From: a virus
Virus record (IMG/VR): IMGVR_UViG_3300021168_000013
Reading direction: 5' to 3' (one strand)
Length of the DNA stretch: 64,000 nt
Under the pieces are notes generated by a model. That model worked only from the letters and a program-made list of their open reading frames with translations, was not told the origin of the DNA and searched no databases. The translations under genes and the position numbers were made by a program. This document shows positions 20,439 through 31,086 of this stretch, piece after piece. The first letter of the stretch is position 1, and each line of letters opens with the position of its first letter.

Positions 20439-21182
20439 ATGAATAAAGTGTTGTTAGACACATTTATCAAAAAATACACTCTCGGTGGAAACGTTGAAAG
20501 TGTAAAAATGGTTGTTGATGATGTTGGTAAGACATTAAAGACATCAGCGATTACCGATGACAAATCGGTATTAATAAATGTAGCATTGTCTGACTTTACA
20601 GCGACAAACTCCATATTATTTGGTGTATATAACACAACACAGCTAAAACAGATGGTAAGTGTGTTGGGTGATGAAATTAATATTAGACCAAATATTAATG
20701 CCACCAATAATAAAGTAACGTCGTTGGTTTTCTATGACGATTCTACCGAAATCCAATATGTAACGGCGGATTTGGATGTTATTCCCTCCGCTCCAAACAT
20801 TAAAAAAATCCCACAGTTCAATCTTGAGATTGATTTTAAAGAATCGTTTATTACCAAGTTCATTAGAGCTAAAAATGCTTTGAGTGATATCGATAACTTC
20901 ACGTTATTGATGAATAAGAAGAATAAATTAGAATTGGTGATTGGACATAGCAAACTTAACAGAAATCGAATAACATTGGATGTTATCACGAAGGTCGGAC
21001 TAAATACGGTGGCTAAACCTATCAGTTTTAGTGCTAAATACTTAAAAGAAATATTTAACAGTAATAATGATTGCGATGATGCTGTATTGAAGGTTAGTGA
21101 TGATGGATTAGCGTTCATATCATTTACCAAGGATAATTTTACATCAAGTTATTATTTGGTGGAAATTAAAAATGTTGACTAA
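20439..21182 (+). CDS. DNA polymerase sliding clamp (gp45-like)
   Basis: Size, position between polymerase and clamp loader, SAKYLKEI motif. Confidence 0.75.
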   Translation: MNKVLLDTFIKKYTLGGNVESVKMVVDDVGKTLKTSAITDDKSVLINVALSDFTATNSILFGVYNTTQLKQMVSVLGDEINIRPNINATNNKVTSLVFYDDSTEIQYVTADLDVIPSAPNIKKIPQFNLEIDFKESFITKFIRAKNALSDIDNFTLLMNKKNKLELVIGHSKLNRNRITLDVITKVGLNTVAKPISFSAKYLKEIFNSNNDCDDAVLKVSDDGLAFISFTKDNFTSSYYLVEIKNVD

Positions 21183-21219
21183 CTGGAGAAAAAGCAAAAC
21201 CTACAAAATATTCAACATT

Positions 21220-21250
21220 CCCCGTATGCTGTTCATACGGGGTTTTTATT
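21220..21250 (+). terminator. Rho-independent terminator
   Basis: CCCCGTATG-ctgtt-CATACGGGG followed by TTTTTATTT. Confidence 0.85.
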
Positions 21251-21290
21251 TAGTATTGACTTTTATCTTTTTATAACGTAAACTATTCGT

Positions 21291-22232
21291 ATGAACGATT
21301 TTATCGAATTTGAAACAGTACCAGAGAAAGAACATTTTATATTGGCCGAAAAATATCGCCCAACAAAAATTGAAGATTATATTGGTAATGATCAGTTTAA
21401 AAATGAATTGAAACGCATTTTGGAGACGGGTCAATTACCACATTTGATGTTACACGGCAGTTCTCCCGGAACAGGTAAGACTTCAGCGGCTAAATTGATA
21501 GTATCAAATATAAAATGTGATCATTTATATATTAATGCATCGGACACCAACAGCGTGGATGATATTAGACTTAAAGTTAAGTCGTTTGCATCTACTATAG
21601 GATTCAGTGATCTTAAAGTTATCATTTTAGACGAAAGTGATTTCTTAACGCCGCAAGCACAGGGAGCATTGCGTAATATCATCGAAACGTTCAGTGCCAC
21701 CACCAGATTCATCTTTACATGTAACTATCTTGAAAAAATTACATCACCGATCCTATCTCGATGCCAAGTATTTGAAATTATACCCCCAAGTAAGAAAGAA
21801 ATCGCTGTACACATCAAAAATATTCTAGAAAAGGAAACTATCAAGTTCGTGCCAGAAGATTTGGGTTATATAGTTAACACTTACTATCCAGATATTAGAA
21901 AGATGCTTAATTTTGCACAACAGAGCACAGTAAACAAAGTATTGACTATATACAAGAAAGATAATGTTGTATCCGATTTAAAAAACAAAATCATAGAGTT
22001 GATTAAGAAGTGTGCCTTTATGGAGATTAGACAACTCATAGCTGATAATAATGTTAGATGCTATGAAGAGCTATATCAATGTTTATATGATAAAGTGGGA
22101 GAATATGCCCCGAAGAATCCAGCTATTGTTATATTAATAATAGCTGAATATATGTATCAAAGCAATTTGGTAGTTAACAAGGAAATAACGTTCGCTGCGT
22201 GTATAGCAAAGATTATAGAAGAATTGAAATAA
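21291..22232 (+). CDS. Clamp loader AAA+ subunit (gp44/RFC-like)
   Basis: EKYRP, PGTGKT, ILDESD, SRC. Confidence 0.95.
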   Translation: MNDFIEFETVPEKEHFILAEKYRPTKIEDYIGNDQFKNELKRILETGQLPHLMLHGSSPGTGKTSAAKLIVSNIKCDHLYINASDTNSVDDIRLKVKSFASTIGFSDLKVIILDESDFLTPQAQGALRNIIETFSATTRFIFTCNYLEKITSPILSRCQVFEIIPPSKKEIAVHIKNILEKETIKFVPEDLGYIVNTYYPDIRKMLNFAQQSTVNKVLTIYKKDNVVSDLKNKIIELIKKCAFMEIRQLIADNNVRCYEELYQCLYDKVGEYAPKNPAIVILIIAEYMYQSNLVVNKEITFAACIAKIIEELK

Positions 22233-22234
22233 CT

Positions 22235-23791
22235 ATGAGCCAAGATTATAAAAAAGACTTCATATTATCCAAATATTGGGAATCATTAGAAACAAATTCG
22301 GATAATGGACTGCAATATAGGTGGACTAACAATAGTTCTACTATATACATAACAAATAGTACAAATTATACATTCTTGAAGGTGCGGTTGTATAACGGGG
22401 TAGATGCTTTTAATAAACGTATATTGAATATACTAGTTGATGGTATATTGTACAAGTCTTATATCTTCACAGAGACAGCGGAATACATAGATGTCAAAAT
22501 TGACATTAATGGAAAAAAATCTGTCACATTCTCAACCGATGATAGTTTCTGTCCGTCTAAATTAGATAAGCAGTCTAGGGACGTGCGTGTTTTAGGATTT
22601 AAAATATATGCTATCGTTATTGACAGTGACAATCACAAAGATGTATTAATACCTATTAGAGATTTGACAACGGAAAGCGAAGAAGAATTTTTCGTTGATG
22701 TTGATAATTATAGTTATAATGTATCTAGAATTGCACTAAAAAATGATAGAGACACCATCATGTATATAGGACAATATGGAACATCTGGATATGCCACTGC
22801 TGCCAAGGGATATGTATATAGATATTTCATCAATAATTACGATATCAAATGGGTTCCTTTGAGATTTGATGAAACTGAGTTAAGTAAGGATTGTCCATAT
22901 AACTTAATTGCTGAATCGACCATAAATAAGAATTATGCTGAGTATGACACATTCATATATCATACCACTCCTGATTTATGGGAGTCTTTGAATCATCAGT
23001 ATAGCAATATCAACAAAAACAAGAAAATATTTGGTTATGCCGCATGGGAAACCAGCAAGTTGCCACCAAAATGGACGGAGTACATTAATGACAATGTTAA
23101 TGAAGTGTGGTGTCCATCAAGTTACAATTATCATGTGTTTAAAGAGTCTGGAGTCACAATACCTATAAGCGTGGTGCCTCATGTATTCTTACAGAAGCCA
23201 TTAATTGAAAAGAAGAACATTCAATTGATTAATATCAATGGACAACCCATAACATCAGTAGAAGGGGTATACACATTCTATACTATAGGAGAATTTAATA
23301 ATAGAAAGGGTATAGATGATATCATTAAAGTGTTTTGTAAGACATTTACTAAAAATGACAAAGTCAGACTGTTGATTAAAACTCACTATAAGAATTATAC
23401 ACCGAATAACAAAAAATACTGCTTGGATAAGATAAGTGACCTCGTGAAAGATTATACCGATCTTCCTGAGATTCATTACTTGATTGACAACGCTAGTGAA
23501 CGAGATATTTTGGCCTTACATAGTTTAGGCGACTGTTATGTTAGTCTAACTAAATCTGAAGGGTTTGGTATACCTATATTTGATGCGTTCAATTACAGAA
23601 AACCAATAATTGTTACGGGGTATGGTGGTCATATGGATTTCCTTGGTAAAACCTATAAAGGGTTGGTAGATTTTAAGATGGATTATATTAAAGACATGGA
23701 GAGTTTTTCCACTAATTATAGTAATGACACAGTTTGGGCATATCCGAATTTGGATACGGCTGGAGAATTAATGAAAAGTCATATAAAATAA
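22235..23791 (+). CDS. GT4 glycosyltransferase with N-terminal beta-sandwich domain
   Basis: TSGYATAA, WETSKLP, RKG, KSEGFGIPIFDA. Confidence 0.85.
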   Translation: MSQDYKKDFILSKYWESLETNSDNGLQYRWTNNSSTIYITNSTNYTFLKVRLYNGVDAFNKRILNILVDGILYKSYIFTETAEYIDVKIDINGKKSVTFSTDDSFCPSKLDKQSRDVRVLGFKIYAIVIDSDNHKDVLIPIRDLTTESEEEFFVDVDNYSYNVSRIALKNDRDTIMYIGQYGTSGYATAAKGYVYRYFINNYDIKWVPLRFDETELSKDCPYNLIAESTINKNYAEYDTFIYHTTPDLWESLNHQYSNINKNKKIFGYAAWETSKLPPKWTEYINDNVNEVWCPSSYNYHVFKESGVTIPISVVPHVFLQKPLIEKKNIQLININGQPITSVEGVYTFYTIGEFNNRKGIDDIIKVFCKTFTKNDKVRLLIKTHYKNYTPNNKKYCLDKISDLVKDYTDLPEIHYLIDNASERDILALHSLGDCYVSLTKSEGFGIPIFDAFNYRKPIIVTGYGGHMDFLGKTYKGLVDFKMDYIKDMESFSTNYSNDTVWAYPNLDTAGELMKSHIK

Positions 23792-24447
23792 TGTTTTATT
23801 ATCACACATTTAAGGATTTAAATATACAAGGTATTTATGATCATGAACCTCTCTTGCAATATTATCATTTCCCCAATGATGAATTACTTAAGGGGAAAAA
23901 AGTATTAGATGTGGGATGTGCCTCCGGATTCTTTTCAAAATATTTTGCCGAGAGAGGTGCCAATGTAGTTGCCATTGATATTAATACTTCTGTTACTAAT
24001 ATGGTGAAGAATCAGACTAAATTGGAAATGGATATAGTGGAAGCAGATGTATTCAGTATTGATTCAATTGATACATTTGATATTGTATTTTGTGGATCAT
24101 TATTGATGCATGTAATTTATCCAATGGAATTACTGAAGATCATAAATAAAGCTTTGAAGCCTAATGGATTATTCATATTATGTTCTGGTGGAATCGATTC
24201 GGTTGATCCCGTAATAAGAACCGAAAGATATTTAGGTAGGCAAAAATCGGCAATAGAGAAAGATGTTAATTCCGCGAATGAATCGTTGTGGTGGTTGTCT
24301 AAATCAGCGGGAGAAATAATGTTAAAGAACGTTGGATTTAATAATGTTAAGTATATGGATAGTTTCACCCTGACCTCAACGGAATTTGGTGTGAAAATAG
24401 GACATAACTTTTCAGCTTTACATCATGTTTGGCATTCTACGAAATAA
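23791..24447 (+). CDS. Class I SAM-dependent methyltransferase
   Basis: VLDVGCASG; LKPNG. Confidence 0.85.
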   Translation: MFYYHTFKDLNIQGIYDHEPLLQYYHFPNDELLKGKKVLDVGCASGFFSKYFAERGANVVAIDINTSVTNMVKNQTKLEMDIVEADVFSIDSIDTFDIVFCGSLLMHVIYPMELLKIINKALKPNGLFILCSGGIDSVDPVIRTERYLGRQKSAIEKDVNSANESLWWLSKSAGEIMLKNVGFNNVKYMDSFTLTSTEFGVKIGHNFSALHHVWHSTK

Positions 24448-24452
24448 AAATT

Positions 24453-25406
24453 ATGAAAAATGGATTATATTGTGATGGTGGTAAACGGTGGTTCAGTATT
24501 GGTAGTGAGGGCAGAGTATATACGTGTAATTCTCTCATCTACCACCCAAATGCATTTCTTGGAAATATAATAACTGAAGACATTAAACTAAGAACAGAAG
24601 AATGGAATAGATGTCCCGTTCAAAAGTGTTATCAGATTTGTGATAGGCATTGGTCTAAGAAACAAGTATATGAGGATGATAAACTAATTGATAGTCAAGA
24701 TGTAGTAAATCCTGACCCATATAAAGGTATAAAGAATCCAGCATCTATTCTTTTTGCGCCCACATGGAAATGTAATTATTCTTGTGTGTATTGTGTATTA
24801 CCTACCAAGAAAGTTTATCCGAATATTCCAGATGCATGTGATACGTTTCCTTATCAAACATGGATTGATGCATTTAAGAGATTTTTTACAACTAATGAGA
24901 TTGGGGGAGGAATATGGCACACCAATGGTGGTGAACCATTGTTCTATGATGGTATTGAGCACTTATTTAAGTTTTTCAAGGAGCAAAACTTTACTATTGC
25001 TTTAACGAGCAATATTACCGCAGATGTTTACAAGAAAATTGTGGCAGTTGCTCCTCCATCGTCTTTCGGTATCATAAATTGTAGTTTGCATCCATCTGAT
25101 AAGAATTTTAGGTTGGATCAATTTAAAAGCAGAGTTCATTTATTAAAAGTTCTAGGATATCCGATATCTGTCAATTTTGTTGGTCACCCCGATCAAATCA
25201 TGCTTGCACCTGATTATGCTGAATGGTGTAAGAGTATCGGTGTTGGATTCTCATTAATTCCATTATTGGGAAACAATGATGGTATTTTCTTTAAAACGAT
25301 CAATGATTATCCAGAGGCATTGCGAAACATAATAAACAAATACTCAACTCCTGAATTAAAAGATGATAATAGATTTATCGATGGGGCAAGAGTGAACACT
25401 AAATGA
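24453..25406 (+). CDS. Radical SAM protein with N-terminal SPASM/twitch-like cysteine domain
   Basis: CNYSCVYC, GGEPL, TSN, SLH. Confidence 0.85.
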   Translation: MKNGLYCDGGKRWFSIGSEGRVYTCNSLIYHPNAFLGNIITEDIKLRTEEWNRCPVQKCYQICDRHWSKKQVYEDDKLIDSQDVVNPDPYKGIKNPASILFAPTWKCNYSCVYCVLPTKKVYPNIPDACDTFPYQTWIDAFKRFFTTNEIGGGIWHTNGGEPLFYDGIEHLFKFFKEQNFTIALTSNITADVYKKIVAVAPPSSFGIINCSLHPSDKNFRLDQFKSRVHLLKVLGYPISVNFVGHPDQIMLAPDYAEWCKSIGVGFSLIPLLGNNDGIFFKTINDYPEALRNIINKYSTPELKDDNRFIDGARVNTK

Positions 25407-25415
25407 TAAGATACC

Positions 25416-27311
25416 ATGAAGAAGTTTCCGAGGACAATTTGTATATCATTGAAGGACGATATCAAACGGCGAGAGTTCATAACAACTCAAACCAAAAAAT
25501 TGGGCATAGATATCACTTTTATAGACGCCGTGGACGGAATCCGCCTAAAAATGGCGGATAATCCATGTGGATTGAAAATAGGTGAGTTTGGCTGTGCTTT
25601 ATCGCATTATTGTACATTAGCATCCATAGATTTACTTCCCGATGAAGAATTCTTGATTTTGGAAGATGATGCTATTTTTTGTGAGGATTTTTTAAATAAA
25701 TTTGAAAAGTTCTATGATAACTTACCAAGTGATTGGGAAATGGCATATTTGGGTTGGTTACAATGGGCCAAAGTAGTTGATGTCATCAATATCAATGAAT
25801 ATGTTGGTAAAATGAAATCACTTGAATTAACCCACCCATTTAAGTTCATGCTATCTAATCATGCCTACATGATTAAAAAACCTACAGCCAAAATTCTAAA
25901 AGAAGCTTTATATCCATTAAATATGGCACTTGATGTAGCTTTCATGCGGAAGATTTTACCGCATATAAAATATTATATATCCACATCATTTCTTGTCAGT
26001 CAAGCATCGTTTGAATATGGTCATGGTAGGAACACTAAGTTCAGTGGTTGGGAATCAAAGACTTGGATTGAAAGAAACCCCGAAATTGACTCTACAGAAA
26101 TAACCACTGGATATGGATTCTTTCAATTGGAGTCATTCGGGAAAACTCATTGGAAATGGACGGGTAATGAGTTTAAATTTTATATTACCGATGGAATTGC
26201 TAATATAGAAGTCGATTTTATTTCCCCCATAGCTAATGTTTTAACATTGGAGACTGATATCTCAAAGAAGGAATATAACATTGTTTCGGGCGAGAATACA
26301 ATACGTTTTGAACCACATGGACTATATCCTATTATCGGTAGATTGAAAAACGTTTATATCCCTGCCAAGAATGAAGATAAATCAAATGATATAAGGGAAT
26401 TGGGTATAAGAATATTAAGAATGCGTACGGAATCAAATGGATCACTTAAAACATTTGAAATGAATACTATTCAATGTTATCTTCCGGAAATAGTGTTAGA
26501 AAAGGAAGTAAACAAGATAAAGAATATAGGTGTGTTGTTTTTACCAAGAAGCGGTAGTCATTGGATAGCATATCATCTTAATAATTTTAAAAATATATAT
26601 TCATTAGATGGAGAAATGTTTAATAGTGATACTTGCTTTATCGACAAAGAATTGTATGAAAAATTGAAACCATATTACAGTATTCCTAAGAATTTCTGTT
26701 TTGAAAGTCTAAACATACTTGCCGCTGAGTTATTGAAGGATAGAACGCGTTTTCTTACCATAGTAAAAACATTCTTACCGCAGGATAAAATGTTTGCCTT
26801 TAAATTGGGTTATCCTCATGTTAATATCGATGACAAAGTTTATAGGACACTTGATTATGTTGTTATATCATATAGACGCAATGTGTTGGAACAATGGATC
26901 AGCTATAAAAATGCTGAAATAACAAACAAGTGGTGTTGCTCCACAGAATCTGATAAGTATCCAGTATCCAAGATACAATGGAATTCTGAGGAGTTTTTAA
27001 AGTTCAGGGAAGAGATATATAATAAAACCAAGATTTACAAGAGAATAACAAAGAATGTACCGCATGTATTCATGGCGTATGAGGAATGGAACGTCGAAAA
27101 TATCACGGTAGCGGAGCAAAATACAATATTGTATAATAAACTTAAAGAAATCCATATCGATTGTGGTGATATCATTGACGATACATTTAAGAATAAGTTC
27201 ATAAAACAATTAACGTATAAGACCTATGAAGAATGCTTCACTAATTATGATGATTTTGTCAATTTCGCTAACAAGGAATTGTTTATGTTAGAAATAGCTG
27301 ATATCAGGTAA
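25416..27311 (+). CDS. GT25 glycosyltransferase - beta-sandwich - sulfotransferase fusion
   Basis: GT25: ISLK..RR, DAVDG, GCALSH, ILEDD; C-terminal LPRSGS PAPS-binding loop and RRNVLEQWIS. Confidence 0.8.
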   Translation: MKKFPRTICISLKDDIKRREFITTQTKKLGIDITFIDAVDGIRLKMADNPCGLKIGEFGCALSHYCTLASIDLLPDEEFLILEDDAIFCEDFLNKFEKFYDNLPSDWEMAYLGWLQWAKVVDVININEYVGKMKSLELTHPFKFMLSNHAYMIKKPTAKILKEALYPLNMALDVAFMRKILPHIKYYISTSFLVSQASFEYGHGRNTKFSGWESKTWIERNPEIDSTEITTGYGFFQLESFGKTHWKWTGNEFKFYITDGIANIEVDFISPIANVLTLETDISKKEYNIVSGENTIRFEPHGLYPIIGRLKNVYIPAKNEDKSNDIRELGIRILRMRTESNGSLKTFEMNTIQCYLPEIVLEKEVNKIKNIGVLFLPRSGSHWIAYHLNNFKNIYSLDGEMFNSDTCFIDKELYEKLKPYYSIPKNFCFESLNILAAELLKDRTRFLTIVKTFLPQDKMFAFKLGYPHVNIDDKVYRTLDYVVISYRRNVLEQWISYKNAEITNKWCCSTESDKYPVSKIQWNSEEFLKFREEIYNKTKIYKRITKNVPHVFMAYEEWNVENITVAEQNTILYNKLKEIHIDCGDIIDDTFKNKFIKQLTYKTYEECFTNYDDFVNFANKELFMLEIADIR

Positions 27312-27352
27312 TAAAATGCTATTATCTATTAACTTCTTCATATTTATATAAT

Positions 27353-28012
27353 ATGAGAAAACCTTTAATGGAGAAATTAATCAGAGAAAATGGTGATTTG
27401 GGAGATAGAATGATGCTCGGATTACCTATGACGGTTGGTGGAGGAGTGGTAAATCCCGGAGTTTCCACATTTTCCTCGCCAGATGTTAGTCAAGACCCCG
27501 ATTCTTTTGATACTAAAGGTTTTCAAGATGCTGGCCCCGAAGGATACAAAAACGTAGAAGATACTGATGAAAAAAATCCAGAATTGCCACAACCAGCTTC
27601 TGATGCAACTTACGCACCAAGTGTAGCGGGTTCCCAGACCAACGTTAATACTGGTATCCCAAGTGTGTCTAATACCAAGCCAAATGTAGCAATGCGTTCC
27701 ACGGATGTCATTCCTGATGAGAAGAAAGGTATTAATGCTATCAAGTTCAAAGTAACTCCTGATGAAATCATAGCAGGTATAGATGCTGAATTAAGAGACA
27801 TGGTATTTAAAAGACCCGATGTGGCAAAAGCATTAGTCATTAAAAATTTACAGAAAGACCCAAAATTTTATAGCAAATTGAAATTTCTTAACATTGATGA
27901 CAAATTGGACGAATCATTGAAGGGTAAAACTCCACAAGAAATCGCAATCATCAAAATTATGCGTGATTTGTATGATAAGAAATATGCATCACGTGATAAG
28001 AAATTGATATGA
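27353..28012 (+). CDS. Hypothetical protein, probably virion-associated
   Basis: TATTTATA upstream; LIRE leader. Confidence 0.55.
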   Translation: MRKPLMEKLIRENGDLGDRMMLGLPMTVGGGVVNPGVSTFSSPDVSQDPDSFDTKGFQDAGPEGYKNVEDTDEKNPELPQPASDATYAPSVAGSQTNVNTGIPSVSNTKPNVAMRSTDVIPDEKKGINAIKFKVTPDEIIAGIDAELRDMVFKRPDVAKALVIKNLQKDPKFYSKLKFLNIDDKLDESLKGKTPQEIAIIKIMRDLYDKKYASRDKKLI

Positions 28013-28434
28013 ATAAGGTAGAGCAATATACTGCATTTAAGAAATTTTTGGATTCTCTAGATGATACCAAATTACAGTATTATTGGAACGATTTAATTCT
28101 CCCTTATATAAAAAATAGTGGAATCAGTGAAAGACAAGGATTTTTGTGGTGGGAATTGTATAAGTCCAAAAAATGGCCAACGACTTATAAATTAAAAGAA
28201 ATTTTAAAACAGAAAGCCAATTGGAAAGTATTGGGGAATGGTAAATCGGATGAAACTGTTCGTAGCAATATGAAGGGTAAATGGACGATAAAATTTTCTA
28301 ATACAGAAAAGCCATTGGCTGAATATGAGGAGATTGAGACGAATGATAGTTTAAATGTTTCCAGCAAAAGTAAAGGTGATCTTGATTATTTAAAAGAGAA
28401 TCACATGAAATATAAAAGTCACTTTAGAATATAA
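28009..28434 (+). CDS. Hypothetical protein
   Basis: ATGA overlap with upstream gene. Confidence 0.55.
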   Translation: MNKVEQYTAFKKFLDSLDDTKLQYYWNDLILPYIKNSGISERQGFLWWELYKSKKWPTTYKLKEILKQKANWKVLGNGKSDETVRSNMKGKWTIKFSNTEKPLAEYEEIETNDSLNVSSKSKGDLDYLKENHMKYKSHFRI

Positions 28435-28465
28435 GCAGTGTGGGTAGATGAAGTAACTCTTCATT

Positions 28466-29257
28466 ATGAAGAAATTCTTAACATTAATGCTTTGTTTGGG
28501 GAGTATATCAAATCCACTTAGTGGAATGGATCTCCCTAGCGGTATAATAGAAATCTCCTCTCCGTTAATAATAACTCACAGCAATTTCTCCATAATTGGA
28601 AACAAAACCACCATACGAATAAAAGACAATGCTAATTGTCCAGCCATTATAATAGGTAACATTCGTGGTAAGCCTGTCACCAATATTCTCATAAAAGACA
28701 TCACAATTGATGGTAATAAAAGCAATCAATCCAGAGAATTTTACAAATATACCAAAAAAGGTGTTATAAACAATGATGGCATCCTTATACAAAACGCCAA
28801 TCATGTAAATATAGAAAATGTCACAATAAGCAATTGTAAATCAGGAGGATTAGTTTCCACATTGGACTGTGATACTTTATCTATAGATCATTTGACTTCT
28901 TATAATAATGAGTATGATGGTATAGCATGTTACGAGACAACAAATAGTACATTTAAGAATTTATGCTTAACCAATAATGGTGCGGCAGGAATATCATTGG
29001 ATAATCATTTTAATGATAATATGTTCTCAAATGTTGATATTAATAACAACCAGACTGGTATTTTCATGAGGAACAGTAACAATAATGTATTTTTGAATAT
29101 AGCAATGAAGAATAATAAACTTGGTGCGTTCATATCACATATCGATAAGGACGAATCAACAGGATGTTCAAATAACATAATCTTGGGTAAATTAGACAAG
29201 GTTATAATAAATAGAACAACTTGCATGGGCAATCTGATCAAAAATAATACGTTTTAA
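28466..29257 (+). CDS. Right-handed beta-helix (pectate-lyase/NosD-like) protein
   Basis: Repeated G-I-x-x...N-N units. Confidence 0.7.
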   Translation: MKKFLTLMLCLGSISNPLSGMDLPSGIIEISSPLIITHSNFSIIGNKTTIRIKDNANCPAIIIGNIRGKPVTNILIKDITIDGNKSNQSREFYKYTKKGVINNDGILIQNANHVNIENVTISNCKSGGLVSTLDCDTLSIDHLTSYNNEYDGIACYETTNSTFKNLCLTNNGAAGISLDNHFNDNMFSNVDINNNQTGIFMRNSNNNVFLNIAMKNNKLGAFISHIDKDESTGCSNNIILGKLDKVIINRTTCMGNLIKNNTF

Positions 29258-29283
29258 TCGATATATTGGTATATTTATATAAT

Positions 29284-29592
29284 ATGGAATATACCGATTT
29301 TTATAGCTATTTAAAAGAAGGCGATGTATCAGCATTGCAGAATCCTGCTAAAATCCAATATACAGATGATGTTGATTGTACCAATTTCACCAATGATATA
29401 ACTCCAAACAAAGATGTACCTAATTTCAATCCAAGTATTAATAGAAATGCGGTATTGGATAAGGATAAGGTTGTTGACTTAGGTAAATTCTTGGGTGGTA
29501 GCTCCGAAGTAAAGAGTGATAATCCAGCTATCAGTGTTCCTGATATTGTAAATCAGAAATTGGATATCGATGTCACTGAACCAGAACTTTGA
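29284..29592 (+). CDS. Hypothetical acidic protein
   Basis: TATTTATA upstream; start MEYTDFYSYLKE. Confidence 0.55.
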   Translation: MEYTDFYSYLKEGDVSALQNPAKIQYTDDVDCTNFTNDITPNKDVPNFNPSINRNAVLDKDKVVDLGKFLGGSSEVKSDNPAISVPDIVNQKLDIDVTEPEL

Positions 29593-30449
29593 TAATGAAT
29601 CCGGAGAAAAAACAGAGAATCAAGGAAGTCCTTAAAAAAATTGTAACAAAAGAAACAATTTATAAAGGAAACCTCGGTATTGCCGAATTAATGAGGTTCT
29701 ATGGAATCGCTGATCCAGATAGTCGTTCTAAAGTTGATTCATTGTTTGCTAAAAAGCAAGATAAGACTGCATGGCATGTTGTGGTAGCATATTTAAAATC
29801 ACACGGTATGTTAAAAGAAAATTGGAAAGGTGCATTGGCAGGATTAGGTATTGCTGGATTGTCAGCAATTACTCCCAACACAACACATGATCCTAAACCA
29901 TTGACTGGGCCAATTCATGCTAAATCTACTGTAACAACTCATGTACATAGACCCCCTGTCTATCATAAACACAAGAATATCATTACTTTGATTAAACATT
30001 ATGAGAATAACAAGGAAAATCCTAATAGTGGATATAATAAAGAAAAACAGAGATGGTATCCACACAAAAGTGTTGAGGGTGGTAGTGACACCATAGCGTA
30101 TGGACATAAAATCCAACCACATGAGAATTTCAGCAAAGGATTATCGGATGTTGATGCTATCAGACTATTAAGAAAAGATATAGCTAGAAAGGAAGAAATA
30201 ATAAGATCGGATATTCCAAATTTTGATAAGTTTCCCGAATATATAAGAAATGCATTGGTCAATGCGTTTTACAGAGGCGACATGGAACCTAATGTAATAA
30301 ACCTTATTAATCGTGGACAATGGGACAAAGTGGCATCAGCATATTTGAATAATAAGAATTTTAAGAGTGGTGACTTTCAACAGATAAAAGATAGAATGCA
30401 AGACAATGCTAATGCGTTCATATCTTACGCCCAAGAGACTCAAAGATAA
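29589..30449 (+). CDS. Lysozyme-like (GH24-type) muramidase with N-terminal extension
   Basis: IKHYE...EGGSDTIAYGH, AL.N.FYRG. Confidence 0.65.
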   Translation: MIMNPEKKQRIKEVLKKIVTKETIYKGNLGIAELMRFYGIADPDSRSKVDSLFAKKQDKTAWHVVVAYLKSHGMLKENWKGALAGLGIAGLSAITPNTTHDPKPLTGPIHAKSTVTTHVHRPPVYHKHKNIITLIKHYENNKENPNSGYNKEKQRWYPHKSVEGGSDTIAYGHKIQPHENFSKGLSDVDAIRLLRKDIARKEEIIRSDIPNFDKFPEYIRNALVNAFYRGDMEPNVINLINRGQWDKVASAYLNNKNFKSGDFQQIKDRMQDNANAFISYAQETQR

Positions 30450-30450
30450 T

Positions 30451-30666
30451 ATGAAAATAATCTATCAGTTCATAAAAGGATTATTTTTATTATTTACACC
30501 AAGGCCATCACCAGTTTCGTGTGCATATCGAGGAGTATCGGTGGCACCAGAAGATATTTGTAAACCACCTAATTCCGAATATAGAAAAGAATGGCTTCGA
30601 CGTTTTCCTAATGCATATTGTGAATCATGTGGATTGAGAAAGCATTTGTTTTATCTACATAGATAA
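30451..30666 (+). CDS. Hypothetical Zn-ribbon protein
   Basis: CESCG; start adjusted to MKIIYQ. Confidence 0.45.
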   Translation: MKIIYQFIKGLFLLFTPRPSPVSCAYRGVSVAPEDICKPPNSEYRKEWLRRFPNAYCESCGLRKHLFYLHR

Positions 30667-30781
30667 TTATAATAATGTCCTCGTAAGTTAAAACACTATA
30701 GGAATACTACTTATAGGTTAAAGTAATATCATATAAAAACTTGAAAATCACCAATTTATACTGTATACTTTAGACTAAGTT

Positions 30782-31081
30782 ATGAAATATTATATACAAC
30801 ACAACAAGTTAGGAACCAAACCTGTATTATTAAATACAATAAATGAAGTCGCCCAAAGATTGGGAGATTTATGTAAATCCACTAGTGGAATGAGTCGTTC
30901 AGCATTTATGCAGAACCGAGTTGATCTAGGTCATCCATCCGATGAATCTTCTGGAAGAACATTCATTGAGGCTATGTCGGAAACAGTTAATATTGGATTA
31001 GTTAAAGATGGACAATTACTTAGATGTAATATCTGTGATGCGAATCACTATTCTAAGTACAAAGTTGAAATGGGTGACTAA
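30782..31081 (+). CDS. Hypothetical protein
   Basis: ORF after promoter-like AT-rich gap. Confidence 0.55.
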   Translation: MKYYIQHNKLGTKPVLLNTINEVAQRLGDLCKSTSGMSRSAFMQNRVDLGHPSDESSGRTFIEAMSETVNIGLVKDGQLLRCNICDANHYSKYKVEMGD

Positions 31082-31086
31082 TTGAT

